A stretch of DNA of 64,000 nt from Escherichia phage alia. Position numbers and translations under genes: made by a program. The DNA lies in sequence record NC_052655.1, one strand, 5' to 3'. Below, in pieces: positions 34,630 through 44,763 of the stretch; positions within the stretch are counted from its first letter, which is position 1, and every line of letters starts with the position of its first letter. Under the pieces are notes generated by a model that worked only from the letters and a program-made list of their open reading frames with translations, ran no database searches and was not told the DNA's origin.

Positions 34630-34840
34630 CTTTTTCTCCTTTGATAATTTCAAACTTGGCTACACCATTAACTATAATATGACCGCAAGACATAACTCCT
34701 AGCCAATGATCACCATTCTTTTTTAAACGTTTGCCGTAAACATCACAGAAACCATTCTGTAATTCGGAAGCCTCATAAGAGGCTCCCTTTTCGAAAACGT
34801 CTTTGAAGTCAGAAATTAATCCAACACAAAGTAGTTTCAT
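34622..34840 (-). CDS. hypothetical protein (72 aa)
   Basis: ORF track; start abuts the nrdB stop. Confidence 0.45.
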   Translation of the reverse strand: MKLLCVGLISDFKDVFEKGASYEASELQNGFCDVYGKRLKKNGDHWLGVMSCGHIIVNGVAKFEIIKGEKDD

Positions 34841-35925
34841 TAGAAGTCTAACTCCTCGTCATCACTTACATCTTTATTTGCTGAATTCAGTTTGTAAGCT
34901 GTAATTTGGATCTCTTGTGCTGCTGCTTGAATTTGGTCTGGATTTAACCAAACATCCATCCAAGGCAGTGGACTTTTCTTCGGTGCACGGAATTTGTGTT
35001 TCATTTTCAGTCTGCGATAGATAGGCGCAGCATTGAAGTAAACCCAAAGTTTGAACAACTCTGCGTTACCACCAACGATAATCCTTCCTTCACTAAACAG
35101 ATAGTCACACCAATCTTCCTCTTGTCCAACTACCGTGTCAAGAATTTCTGTCAGAACGTCGATATTATCTTCGTATACTTTTCTCCAGACAGGATCTTTC
35201 AGCAGTGCATCAATAATAGCATAATCCATTTTAACGTGCAATAGTTCATCCAACATAATTTTTTGAATGAGTTTAGCTGCACCTACAAACAGTTGCTGCT
35301 CTGCTAAGGCAAATGTTGCAGCAAAAGATGATATGAATTGAATGCCTTCCAGACCGATAAGTGCAATCATTCCTTTCAGAATCAGTAGACGAAGGTTATC
35401 ATCCTTCTCAATCAGACCTAGAGCATATTTATGTCCTGCCTCTGCCAGATCACTCATTATCTCTTCAACTATACCCATCCTCTGGAAGATTCTTTCGTTC
35501 TCCATAATCTGATCGATAACTTCATTTGGATTAGGGATACACTGACGAATAATTTCAGAATATGTCAAAGCGTGTAAAACTTCCATTTCTGATTGCTTCA
35601 TCATCATTGCACATGCTTCGTTGTTGCTTAAAAATGGTGCAAACAAAGTGATGATTGATTTAGCAAGTGAATCATTTTCCCATTGGAAGGATAGGTTTTT
35701 GATCATAACATCATAGTTGCTTTTAGAACAAGCTACGAAATCTTTTCGTGTCTGATCTAAGTTTACTTCGTTTTCATCCCAATCTTGCTGTTTTTGTAGT
35801 TTGTACAGACGATGCATTTCTGGGTATGTTACATTAATAGAATCAAAAATACCTAACTGTTCTCCCAAAAATACAGGATAGAAACCTTCTTTGTAAGTGT
35901 CGTTGTATAAATTAATCGCTGCCAT
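34840..35925 (-). CDS. nrdB: ribonucleotide reductase class Ia small (beta) subunit
   Basis: 361 aa; di-iron ligand pattern (EVLHALTYSE...; ExxH motifs) and acidic C-terminal tail (DDEELDF) typical of NrdB; directly downstream of nrdA. Confidence 0.85.
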   Translation of the reverse strand: MAAINLYNDTYKEGFYPVFLGEQLGIFDSINVTYPEMHRLYKLQKQQDWDENEVNLDQTRKDFVACSKSNYDVMIKNLSFQWENDSLAKSIITLFAPFLSNNEACAMMMKQSEMEVLHALTYSEIIRQCIPNPNEVIDQIMENERIFQRMGIVEEIMSDLAEAGHKYALGLIEKDDNLRLLILKGMIALIGLEGIQFISSFAATFALAEQQLFVGAAKLIQKIMLDELLHVKMDYAIIDALLKDPVWRKVYEDNIDVLTEILDTVVGQEEDWCDYLFSEGRIIVGGNAELFKLWVYFNAAPIYRRLKMKHKFRAPKKSPLPWMDVWLNPDQIQAAAQEIQITAYKLNSANKDVSDDEELDF

Positions 35926-36247
35926 TTAAATCCTCCACAATATCACACATTGCTTTTATTGTATCAATGTGTTTTCTCTCCATACCATTCTCTATGTAAG
36001 CCTTCTCTAATGCGTTCCATACACTCTTTGTGAGTAGTACAGTAACCTCTCCATCATATCTTGCCCTGGTTAAAGCATACCAGGTAGCTTCTGGATCATT
36101 GGAAGCCCATATTTCAACACTGGAAAATTGAAAACCTGCAATATGATGACAACACCAATCGAATGTAAAATCTTTACTATCTACCAGTGTATAATTGCCC
36201 CAACGCCTTTGTGGTGTTGCCCCAGGTAATACAACTAATGTAGGCAT
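35912..36247 (-). CDS. hypothetical protein (111 aa)
   Basis: ORF track 35912..36289; start moved to the internal ATG preceded by AAGGAGG and located after the terminator-like hairpin GGGGGCTTTGTCCCCC. Confidence 0.5.
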   Translation of the reverse strand: MPTLVVLPGATPQRRWGNYTLVDSKDFTFDWCCHHIAGFQFSSVEIWASNDPEATWYALTRARYDGEVTVLLTKSVWNALEKAYIENGMERKHIDTIKAMCDIVEDLNGSD

Positions 36248-36288
36248 ATTCCTCCTTAAGAAATGGGGGACAAAGCCCCCTAGCTTCA

Positions 36289-38550
36289 TTACATCTTACA
36301 AGCCTCACAACCGGATTCTTCATCCTCTTGAGCGAGTGAGGTTGCTGATTTTGTTCGACTATTTAGATAGTACAAAGATTTACCACCAAGTTTTGCAAAC
36401 TGAAGGATATATTGCATTTCTGATTTAATGGATAAACGACCACCTTCCATCTTAGAATAGTCAATCCACTTGTCACATGATGCACCTTGATCTAAGAATT
36501 TAGTCAACAGTCCATATGCTTCAGCCATATCTTTATCTGGCGTATCCCAAGCCGATTGGTAAATATCTTTTAGTTTATCGTAATCTGGCACAATAAACAA
36601 GACATTACCTTTTTGGCTTTGTTTATAAACTATAGTATCACGTACAGGATACACAGAGTTAGTCGTATTACTTACAAGACTACTGGACTCATTCGGAGCA
36701 ATAGCTGCTAATACACTATTTCGGATACCACCTTGTGCAATTATATCTTGTCGTAAACCTTCCCAATCCATTTTAAGTTTAAAATTGCCAATATCGTCTA
36801 CAGCTTTAGCGTAGGTATCAATAGGCAACCATCCTTCAGGCCATTTGGTTTTATGCATCCATTCTGCATTACCTTTCTCTTTTGCCAAACGAAGAGAAGC
36901 TCTTGCTAACCAGTAATAATGTCTTTCTGCTAATTCGTGAATTAGTTTTTTGCCGTAAGGATCTGAATAAGTAACAAAATTACTTGCCAGATAATGTGCC
37001 AGGTTTGTAATACCTACACCGATAGACCTACGTGCTTTAGCAGTGATTTCGTTATGTTTGAACGGATACTGCATTGTTTCAATAACATTATCAATAGTTA
37101 GAACGGTATAATATGCAACATCTTCATATTCTTCTGGTGTAACACGACCAGCTACAATAGAAGACAGGAAGCATAATGCCAATTCTTGATCTTCTGTATT
37201 CTCACCTGTGAAAAGATCAGTCATACTGTGAAATGCTTTCGTAGGTAAGAAAATTTCTTGGCACAAGTTTGACTGATAAATAACATCCTTAAACGGAGTA
37301 TGCTTATTAGCATTATCCGCAAAGAACATATAAATACGTCCTGTCTCTGCTCTTTGTGTAATAATTTCTGCCAGAAGATCTCGTGCTTTTACAAACTTCT
37401 TCTTAATTCGTTTGCGACTAACTTTTTCATATACTTCTTCAAACTCTTCCTCGCTTTTATAAAGCGCCTCATAGAGTTCTGGTGCTTCGTCATAACTGAC
37501 TAGCATCCAATCTTTGCCTTTTGCTGCACGGCGCAGGAAAGCATTGTTTACTACAATAGAGTAATCAAGTTTATCTACTCGTTTTTCACTAACAGTAGTT
37601 GGGTTTTTCAAACGTACCAGATCTTCAAAATCAGGTTCTAATATTGTAAACGTTACTGTTGCACTTCCACCACGACTTGCTTGTTTTGATGCTCCAACAC
37701 TTGTTTCCATCCATTTCAGATATGGTAAAAGACCACCGTGAACGATACGGTTGTTCTTAACACCTTGTCCTGTAGCACGGGTTTGTAGGTTAACACCAAT
37801 ACCTGCATTATTCAAGGTATATTCATGAGCAAGATAGTTAGCAATTGCTAAAGATTCTGCTGTATCATCTGCTCTAAACAGACAACAAGAAGCACTACCT
37901 TTAATCTTAGTACGCAAAGTTGTTAAATAAGGTGATGGTAAATTAATCTTAAGATCACTTACGTAGGTATATAGACGTTTAATGTCTTCTACTCTGCGAT
38001 CTTTTGGTTGGATTTCCATTACCTTCATTGCTACACCAATGAATAAAAACTGTGGTGATTCAAAAACCACATCATTGATCGCATCTTTCACAAGATACTT
38101 ATCAACCATCTGACGCAGTACGGAATAACCATAAGTTAGGTTTTTATCATGATTGATAATTTTACCAATCTCAATAATTTCTTCTTCTGTATAATCCATT
38201 TTCCCCCAATAGCCTTTACTTACAGACATATTGTAGAAATCCAGGAGGGAGGGGATATTGTGATATCCCCCATGAGCCTGTTTATAGATCATACCAAGAA
38301 GTAACCGACCTGCCATATCACTATATGCCTGATCTTTCTTATCAATACATGCTGCTATCATAGCTTTATGTAAATCACGAGTAGGCACACCGTCGTAACA
38401 ACGTTTAACAGCTTCGAGTTCTATTTCAGACCAATTTAATTTACCAGCAGCAAACTCTGACCATTTACGAAGTTTTTCTGGATTAAATTCTTCTTTCTTG
38501 CCGTTTGTTTTTGTTACATAACGGATAGATTTGCTTAGATACTGAGTCAC
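36289..38550 (-). CDS. nrdA: ribonucleotide reductase class Ia large (alpha) subunit
   Basis: 753 aa; N-terminal ATP-cone-like region (VTKTNGKKEEFNPEKL), active-site Cys/Asn/Glu context (NLCQEIFLP) and C-terminal redox cysteine pair (SGCEACKM). Confidence 0.9.
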   Translation of the reverse strand: MTQYLSKSIRYVTKTNGKKEEFNPEKLRKWSEFAAGKLNWSEIELEAVKRCYDGVPTRDLHKAMIAACIDKKDQAYSDMAGRLLLGMIYKQAHGGYHNIPSLLDFYNMSVSKGYWGKMDYTEEEIIEIGKIINHDKNLTYGYSVLRQMVDKYLVKDAINDVVFESPQFLFIGVAMKVMEIQPKDRRVEDIKRLYTYVSDLKINLPSPYLTTLRTKIKGSASCCLFRADDTAESLAIANYLAHEYTLNNAGIGVNLQTRATGQGVKNNRIVHGGLLPYLKWMETSVGASKQASRGGSATVTFTILEPDFEDLVRLKNPTTVSEKRVDKLDYSIVVNNAFLRRAAKGKDWMLVSYDEAPELYEALYKSEEEFEEVYEKVSRKRIKKKFVKARDLLAEIITQRAETGRIYMFFADNANKHTPFKDVIYQSNLCQEIFLPTKAFHSMTDLFTGENTEDQELALCFLSSIVAGRVTPEEYEDVAYYTVLTIDNVIETMQYPFKHNEITAKARRSIGVGITNLAHYLASNFVTYSDPYGKKLIHELAERHYYWLARASLRLAKEKGNAEWMHKTKWPEGWLPIDTYAKAVDDIGNFKLKMDWEGLRQDIIAQGGIRNSVLAAIAPNESSSLVSNTTNSVYPVRDTIVYKQSQKGNVLFIVPDYDKLKDIYQSAWDTPDKDMAEAYGLLTKFLDQGASCDKWIDYSKMEGGRLSIKSEMQYILQFAKLGGKSLYYLNSRTKSATSLAQEDEESGCEACKM

Positions 38551-38561
38551 TTCCTCTCCTA

Positions 38562-38822
38562 TTAATTGTGCATGTTTAGAACATCTACATCATAACCGCC
38601 ACGCATCTCATTATATAAGCCATTTGCGTATAGAAAACCTTCAAAATGATCTATACCTTCAAAACCTTTTGCCTTTGCTTTGCGGTCTGCTTCTTGTCTT
38701 TTTGGGGATAATCTTTTAGATGTATCAAGGATAACTGTTACATTGCAACCTAATGTTTCATCAAAATAGACTTCAATTTCACAGCCTTCATATTTATTAC
38801 TTTCTGTCATTTGGCCTCTCAA
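38562..38822 (-). CDS. hypothetical protein (86 aa)
   Basis: ORF track. Confidence 0.5.
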   Translation of the reverse strand: MRGQMTESNKYEGCEIEVYFDETLGCNVTVILDTSKRLSPKRQEADRKAKAKGFEGIDHFEGFLYANGLYNEMRGGYDVDVLNMHN

Positions 38823-39233
38823 TTAGAATTCAGAATCATCATCTCGTGATGGATCATGTTCATTTCCGAAGTCTTCCATTTTGATATGAGAGCTACCCCA
38901 ACCTGTAAAATCTTCTTCTCCAAAGTGCAAAATATCTACACCTTGATAGATTCGCTTATATTTATAGTCTTGTCGAACTGGGAAAGTATACAATGTAGTA
39001 TTTGCAAACACCACACGTCGATTATTGTTACTACGAATATTAACACCACGTTCTACTGTATAATGTCCATCGGTAGACATACCAAGCATTACTAATGCTG
39101 CTCGCAATGTAGTGTTATGATACTCGTGAGGAATTTTTCCTCCGTGCTTTTTAGCCATTTCTTTCCAGATCGGTGTAGCCTTAATGGTAGACATACTTAC
39201 GGTCGCCCAAATGGTTGTATTAATTAGTGACAT
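38823..39233 (-). CDS. hypothetical protein (136 aa)
   Basis: ORF track. Confidence 0.5.
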   Translation of the reverse strand: MSLINTTIWATVSMSTIKATPIWKEMAKKHGGKIPHEYHNTTLRAALVMLGMSTDGHYTVERGVNIRSNNNRRVVFANTTLYTFPVRQDYKYKRIYQGVDILHFGEEDFTGWGSSHIKMEDFGNEHDPSRDDDSEF

Positions 39234-39330
39234 AAATTCTCCTTCTCTCTTTTAAGGAGAGCATAGCTCTCCTAACGTTAGCCTATACTACACGAATCTC
39301 AATTAAAAGTCAACTATAATTTTAAGTTGA

Positions 39331-40302
39331 TTACCATTTTGTATGGTTAGTCAAAAGTTGACGATGTTGAATCCAACCACAGAAGTTTCCACTCCACAAA
39401 CGATGTTTACGATCCATATGTGTAATACCTTCTTCCCAAGAAGTAGGGAACGGAGGAATATTAATACCACCTTTCTGTTGTTTTAATCCTGACAAATCCA
39501 TTTCTTTCATTGGCGTTGCCTGGTGTTCAAACGGAGATGCATGTACCTTTTGTCCAGACAGCAAACGAGAATAGATATCCAATGCTTTATCTTTAGTATC
39601 ATTCAATTTACGATAACTTACCTGAGCGCAACAAGAAGCTGAAATAGCTTTTGCTTCCTCTTCTGTCAACATTTTCTCGTTGGAGAAGGTTTCACCTAAG
39701 AAATAACGGATCATACCAGTTTCTGGATCTCGATCACGATTAACGTAAGGTGTATGCCATTCCCCTGGGAAAAGAAGATATGGTTCAGAAGATTCATACA
39801 GTTTTTTAATTTCTTTAGCAAGAGCCTCAATAGTAGGATCTGCATCAGCATCTACGCGCAACCACAAGAAGTTTTCTAGCTCTGTAGCGGTGACTACAGT
39901 CTTCATACGCTGGAATGGTTCTAGTAGGCGGTTTGCAACCTGTTTATGATAACCAGCAAGGGCAAACTCTTCTGCAAAACGTGCAGCACTTAGTGCAGCC
40001 AAGTCCCACCATTCTTTTGCAGTGTAACCTGCATCAATCAGGGCATCGTGATCTGTGCCTTTATCTTGCATACCTGGTTGGTTAGCACCAAAACGATAAG
40101 GACGTGCTGGAGATTGCCGTACCATTTCAATTAGAGTTTTAACAGGGATAGCTCGACTTGATGCAGCATTACGAGAAAACAAACGATGCGTCATCAATTC
40201 AGAGTGAATGATTCGGGGATATTCAAGTTCAAAGGTAACAATATCCTTACCTTCAGATGTTTGAGAGTGTGCAATAATTTTTGCTGAAATAGAGTTTGTC
40301 AT
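39331..40302 (-). CDS. ThyX-like flavin-dependent thymidylate synthase family protein
   Basis: THRLFSRNAASSR segment fits the ThyX signature (R/T)HR-x7-S-x-R; 323 aa, longer than typical ThyX; lies next to tdk and nrdAB. Confidence 0.6.
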   Translation of the reverse strand: MTNSISAKIIAHSQTSEGKDIVTFELEYPRIIHSELMTHRLFSRNAASSRAIPVKTLIEMVRQSPARPYRFGANQPGMQDKGTDHDALIDAGYTAKEWWDLAALSAARFAEEFALAGYHKQVANRLLEPFQRMKTVVTATELENFLWLRVDADADPTIEALAKEIKKLYESSEPYLLFPGEWHTPYVNRDRDPETGMIRYFLGETFSNEKMLTEEEAKAISASCCAQVSYRKLNDTKDKALDIYSRLLSGQKVHASPFEHQATPMKEMDLSGLKQQKGGINIPPFPTSWEEGITHMDRKHRLWSGNFCGWIQHRQLLTNHTKW

Positions 40303-40311
40303 TATTTCTCC

Positions 40312-40902
40312 TTAAGGTAGTAAAATACTTTCAATTTCTTCCCACTGATTATCTAAACCAGTGATAATTACATTAGGAAGTTTCTTTAACTCTTCCAAGT
40401 ATGGATCTTCGTAAATAGTGTTGAAATATATTTTCAACGTTTCATCTGGAAATAGGACAAGATTTTCAGCCCTATCGTCAATAGTTACGTCGCAAGGTAA
40501 TAAGTATTTTTCTTTTGTTGCGAAAAAGCCATTACCAGATGTTCTACTAAAGTCCACTTTATCTAAAGATCGTGTTACGTGTCTATATTTAGAACTAAGG
40601 TGTCCACCCTTAGTGTGGCTTGCTATAGATATATTAGCTCCATTTGCAATTATACGATGAACAACATCTGTACTATTAGGTACTACTCCCATAGTATCAT
40701 ATAGATGTTGGTTATCCCAAAAAGAGTAAGGATCTACACCAAATTGCTTTTTAAAATCAGGAAAATATTTCGTAATATCATAATGCACAGTCTTTTGTGC
40801 CTTATCAAACTTGATATTAGATCTACTTACCGCATTTAACCAACTCAACCATTCTATATCGGCAGGAGCTATTACTAAATCCCAATCACATACTAGACGC
40901 AT
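40312..40902 (-). CDS. putative 5'(3')-deoxyribonucleotidase-like HAD-family protein
   Basis: ORF track 40312..41016; start moved to ATG 40902 to limit overlap with tdk. N-terminal LVCDWDLVIAPAD resembles the DxD nucleophile motif of HAD-type deoxynucleotidases. Weak call. Confidence 0.4.
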   Translation of the reverse strand: MRLVCDWDLVIAPADIEWLSWLNAVSRSNIKFDKAQKTVHYDITKYFPDFKKQFGVDPYSFWDNQHLYDTMGVVPNSTDVVHRIIANGANISIASHTKGGHLSSKYRHVTRSLDKVDFSRTSGNGFFATKEKYLLPCDVTIDDRAENLVLFPDETLKIYFNTIYEDPYLEELKKLPNVIITGLDNQWEEIESILLP

Positions 40903-41449
40903 TATTTCTCCTGTTATAACATTTTCTACACATTGTTTCGTAAATGTCTTCTCCTCCAATAACAATCTGTTCTTTAGAGTCGATAAGTCTAGCATTGAAA
41001 ATAGCTTTTCTTCCACATTTACAAATGCTTTTCAATTCTGTAATTGAATCTGCTATGGCTAATAACCGTTCAGAACCTTCAAACAATTCTGTAGCAAAAT
41101 CTGTTTTAAGCCCATAACAGAATACAGGAATATCGTAATTATCTACCACATCTCCAAGAATGTCAACCATATCTTTAGTTAGGAATTGTGATTCGTCCAC
41201 AAATACTGCATCTACTGGATTTTCTTTAAGCTGTGTATAAATTTCCAGCATATCTTCTTTTGTTTTAACTGGTTTTGCTTCCTCTTTAATACCTATCCTA
41301 GAAGCAATAGCACAACCAGATCTGGTATCTAAAGCTGAAGTTAAAAGAAGAACTTTCATATTTCTTTCTTTATAGTTCCAAGCTGTTTGTAGCAGATGTG
41401 TGCTTTTACCACTGTTCATCGGACTATATCGGAAATAAAGTTTAGCCAT
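40886..41449 (-). CDS. tdk: thymidine kinase
   Basis: MAKLYFRYSPMNSGKSTHLLQ (P-loop), VFVDESQFL, and C-terminal zinc-ribbon cysteines (CxCG...C..C) align position by position with bacterial/T4 Tdk. Confidence 0.9.
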   Translation of the reverse strand: MAKLYFRYSPMNSGKSTHLLQTAWNYKERNMKVLLLTSALDTRSGCAIASRIGIKEEAKPVKTKEDMLEIYTQLKENPVDAVFVDESQFLTKDMVDILGDVVDNYDIPVFCYGLKTDFATELFEGSERLLAIADSITELKSICKCGRKAIFNARLIDSKEQIVIGGEDIYETMCRKCYNRRNNASSM

Positions 41450-41494
41450 ATTTTCTCCTCTAACGCTCCCATTTGTGGGAGCGATAATACTTTA

Positions 41495-42070
41495 TTATTT
41501 CTCTTCGTCAAGAAGAATTTTTACTATTTGTTTTCTTCGCTTACTTACTGTACTTTCTGGTGAAATTCCGCGCTTCGTTAGCCAATTTTTATCCTTTTTA
41601 GACTGGCATAAAGCTATCGCTTCCTTCTCCGCTTTTGCTTCCCTGAATGTCATATCGTGCTTGTCAGCATAAGCCAGGATAGCGTTACACTGCTTACAAA
41701 CTACACGCAGGTCGTCTTCTGTTACATACAATAGGCGTAAAACAAAACTTGGGATATCTTCATAACAGGTTAATGTACCTGCTGCATTGATATGGTCTAC
41801 TTGAAAGTCTTTCATACCTCCTGTGTGTCCACACAATTCACACTTACAATTCCAAACCTGTTTCGGTTTGCCTGTTTTCTTATCTAAAACTACATTGCCA
41901 TCTTTGTCCAACCTATCGGCTTTAAATCGTACAGATTGGATCTTTTTTATCTTATTCGGGTGTCTCACCCATGCTTTCCTTAAGCAACCCCTTAAATATG
42001 TATAAAAGGCTGCTTGAGTTTTCCAAGGTGTTCCATCTCCCCAAATAACTTTAGGTTCTTTATTTTCCAA
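41495..42070 (-). CDS. HNH endonuclease family protein
   Basis: CKCELCGHTG...QVDHINAAG...CKQCN: the Cys pairs and His-Asn-His spacing of an HNH nuclease. Confidence 0.65.
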   Translation of the reverse strand: MENKEPKVIWGDGTPWKTQAAFYTYLRGCLRKAWVRHPNKIKKIQSVRFKADRLDKDGNVVLDKKTGKPKQVWNCKCELCGHTGGMKDFQVDHINAAGTLTCYEDIPSFVLRLLYVTEDDLRVVCKQCNAILAYADKHDMTFREAKAEKEAIALCQSKKDKNWLTKRGISPESTVSKRRKQIVKILLDEEK

Positions 42071-42254
42071 TAGTGCTCACCTTTTTAGCTACATAATCTC
42101 CAGGTGGGATGTTATATTTAAAGAAAAGCATACGGTCTAAACCAGCCTTACACATGTTTTCTGGGATTGTGATTGTATATAGGAGTTTATCTCCACGTTT
42201 ATTGTATATTTTATATACTTCACCCTCTCCGTATTGTTTACCGTGAGAAGCCAT
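42060..42254 (-). CDS. hypothetical protein (64 aa)
   Basis: ORF track. Confidence 0.4.
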   Translation of the reverse strand: MASHGKQYGEGEVYKIYNKRGDKLLYTITIPENMCKAGLDRMLFFKYNIPPGDYVAKKVSTIGK

Positions 42255-42639
42255 CTACACTCTCCTTCAATTGTTCAATAGCATCTGCTGCTTCAATGTA
42301 CTTACCTTTATACATTGCTTTTAAAGCCTTACGAACAAGATCATCGTCTGTGTATAAATCAATTAGCTGATTAGCTAACTCAATTTTTACAGGGTTTTTT
42401 AGATTAGGGTAGGCTTCATACAACATATTGTAATACTTATCACTTAATTCTTTTTCAATATGAATAACGTGAATCGCTTTGTTTAGGTTGATCACACGAT
42501 CACCTTTGTTTCGACAAGCATACTTAGCTAACTTAGTGAAACAAGGAGTTGCACCAATTAGATATGCAAGTTCCAGAGGTTGCATACGCATACGTTTGTA
42601 GTGATCACCATCAATTTGAATATCCAGTGCTGTAGTCAT
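42238..42639 (-). CDS. hypothetical protein (133 aa)
   Basis: ORF track. Confidence 0.5.
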   Translation of the reverse strand: MTTALDIQIDGDHYKRMRMQPLELAYLIGATPCFTKLAKYACRNKGDRVINLNKAIHVIHIEKELSDKYYNMLYEAYPNLKNPVKIELANQLIDLYTDDDLVRKALKAMYKGKYIEAADAIEQLKESVDGFSR

Positions 42640-42654
42640 AAATCCTCCAAAAAT

Positions 42655-42675
42655 AAAGGGGCTTTCGCCCCTTTT
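42655..42675 (-). terminator. terminator hairpin (GGGGCTTTCGCCCC family)
   Basis: AAAGGGGC-TTTC-GCCCCTTTT; on the minus strand it follows the stop of the exonuclease gene and precedes the RBS of the next gene. Confidence 0.45.
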
Positions 42676-42677
42676 TA

Positions 42678-43640
42678 TTAAATTCCAATAACAGTATTTA
42701 CACGCTTCTCTTTGCTACGCAAATTAACACGTCCACGAGACAGGCTATTACATGATGTGCATCTTAGCACTTGGAATGTACTAACCGCTGTTGTGTAAAC
42801 CTTACCAGGAACAACTTCAAGGTGCTCTTTACCGCAACGAGGACAACGAAGTTTTTCATCGTCATAGAATGCAGATACGTTAGGATGTTGTGGAATCCAT
42901 GCACGAAGTTTGATGTAAAGATCTCTAAGAGAAACAACATCACCATCATTGTATGTTTGCATACGGAAGAAGGCATGTCTATCTCCTTCACAACATGCTT
43001 TCCACAAAGGAAAACCTTCATTATCAAGTTTAAAGTTTTCTGTATCAAAATACAAACACATTTCTTTAAGCGCATTAGAAGGTAGTGCAAACTGCTTCTT
43101 AGCTGCCTTGAGTGTATCAATTACAACATAATGTGATGGTGGCTCCATACCGTGAAAAGCAAAACGTTGGTTAATATAAGCCTTATCAAACTTAATACCG
43201 TTGTGCGCGATCACAATATCTGCATCGTCAAGCAAGTGCCAGAGATCTTGACATAATTCCCAATCATCTGTATGATCTATGTCAAACAAAGGGTAATTAC
43301 TAAGGTTCTTACCTTCTACTTCCCCTGTTTCTAAATCAGCAGATGAATAGGAAAGCAAGTAACCTCGACGAATAACTTGTTCAGGCGCAATAAAGGCTTT
43401 GAAACGTGAGAAGCTATACACAATCTCCGGTGCTGTCTCTACGTCAATAATTTTAATTACTGGCCCACCTTTATCTTGCGGAGCACCTCGATGTGGTGAA
43501 TTTACACGAGCTAAGTAATCATTTACTGTGCTCTTCTTAGTAGAACTTCCCAACACCTCTTGTGCAATCTTACGCGAAGAATAACCTTGTGCTTTCATAG
43601 ATACAATCAAGGCTTTCTGTTCGTCTGTTAATTTACTCAA
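42678..43640 (-). CDS. DnaQ-like (DEDD) 3'-5' exonuclease with N-terminal HTH
   Basis: N-terminal HTH-like segment (GYSSRKIAQEV); Exo I IIDVETAP (DxE), Exo II IVIAHNGIKFD; C-terminal Cys cluster (CPRCG...CTSC). Confidence 0.6.
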   Translation of the reverse strand: MSKLTDEQKALIVSMKAQGYSSRKIAQEVLGSSTKKSTVNDYLARVNSPHRGAPQDKGGPVIKIIDVETAPEIVYSFSRFKAFIAPEQVIRRGYLLSYSSADLETGEVEGKNLSNYPLFDIDHTDDWELCQDLWHLLDDADIVIAHNGIKFDKAYINQRFAFHGMEPPSHYVVIDTLKAAKKQFALPSNALKEMCLYFDTENFKLDNEGFPLWKACCEGDRHAFFRMQTYNDGDVVSLRDLYIKLRAWIPQHPNVSAFYDDEKLRCPRCGKEHLEVVPGKVYTTAVSTFQVLRCTSCNSLSRGRVNLRSKEKRVNTVIGI

Positions 43641-44671
43641 TGTTCCTCCTGCTCTGAAATATATGCTTGTAGCATACTTTCAAAAGTTGTTTCATCATTC
43701 GCCCAACGTTTCATATATACCAACTGAAAAATTGTCTCTATCCATTCATCAGTTGTCATTTCTACTTCTTCACCATCCCAAGAAGTAAATTTAACGCCAT
43801 CTGGGAACCATTCATAATACTGATCTTTAACTGTCTGAAAAAGTTCAGCCTGTGTTTTACATTTGGAAATAAGATTAAAGCAAGTAATATCTCCAAACTT
43901 AACATCGAAATCTTGGTAAGGTCGAATACTATCTGTCTTATCGCCCATTAGCATTTGATAAGCTAACCAGTAACTACCCCAACCCTTAACTTCTTTTTTC
44001 TTACCTTTTTCTACGATCCAGATATCACCGATAGATTCATCAATCAGAATAACACAAGGATTTTTATAAACACCATCCTCTTTATAAAAGTTAAAGAGTA
44101 AACTTGGTGTGTGTAAGCTATCTTTGTCGATAGATGCTACAATATGAGAAAACTTACCAGTTTCCTTGTAGGCTTTATACCCTGCATATCCATAGATTTC
44201 TAAAGCATCATCTGCCTCAATACCAGTAACAACGTCACCGTTATGTTTTTCAACTAGATAATCTTTAGTATCTGATAATTGGATTGGTCTTAAATCTGAT
44301 CGTTCTGATTTATATTCTTTTGGCATTTTGAAAGAATGCCGGAAGGTTTTTCCTACCCCGATGACACCGCAATACTTTTGAAGTTTTAGGTGATCCACCA
44401 TCTGGGTTATTTTTGTCTTTGCAGCTTGAAACGTAAAAGAAATATTCTCTGGGACTATTTGAACATCTTTTATTTCAAAATCTTCCTTGGAGAACAACTT
44501 CTTACCAGCAGCTTCGCGTTGCGCGTTAAGTGCTCCTAACCATCCCCCAATATTTTTTGAAGATTTACCCCAAAAATCTGTTCTTGTTTCAAACTCTTTT
44601 ACATTACCGGAAGCCTTGTGTACAGCGTGGATTTTTCTTTGTTCTAAAGCTGAAGATGCTTGGAACGCCAC
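43637..44671 (-). CDS. 5'-3' exonuclease / flap endonuclease (FEN/RNase H-like)
   Basis: VTGIEADDALEIYGYAG matches the G-x-EADD motif of Pol I-type 5' nucleases and phage RNase H/FEN; 344 aa. Confidence 0.65.
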   Translation of the reverse strand: MAFQASSALEQRKIHAVHKASGNVKEFETRTDFWGKSSKNIGGWLGALNAQREAAGKKLFSKEDFEIKDVQIVPENISFTFQAAKTKITQMVDHLKLQKYCGVIGVGKTFRHSFKMPKEYKSERSDLRPIQLSDTKDYLVEKHNGDVVTGIEADDALEIYGYAGYKAYKETGKFSHIVASIDKDSLHTPSLLFNFYKEDGVYKNPCVILIDESIGDIWIVEKGKKKEVKGWGSYWLAYQMLMGDKTDSIRPYQDFDVKFGDITCFNLISKCKTQAELFQTVKDQYYEWFPDGVKFTSWDGEEVEMTTDEWIETIFQLVYMKRWANDETTFESMLQAYISEQEEH

Positions 44672-44763
44672 TTGATCGTAGTCTATTGCAAGAATTGTGT
44701 TCTCGTCAACATATTTGTGCAGGTCTTCCGGTTGGATTAAAATGTAACCGCTAATATTACCTC

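Noticed and set aside
42764-43131. Track ORFs in both orientations inside the DnaQ-like exonuclease gene (42764..43120-, 42771..43085+, 42949..43131+)
   Set aside because: Fully nested in and out of frame with the 320-aa exonuclease gene, which carries recognisable Exo motifs.
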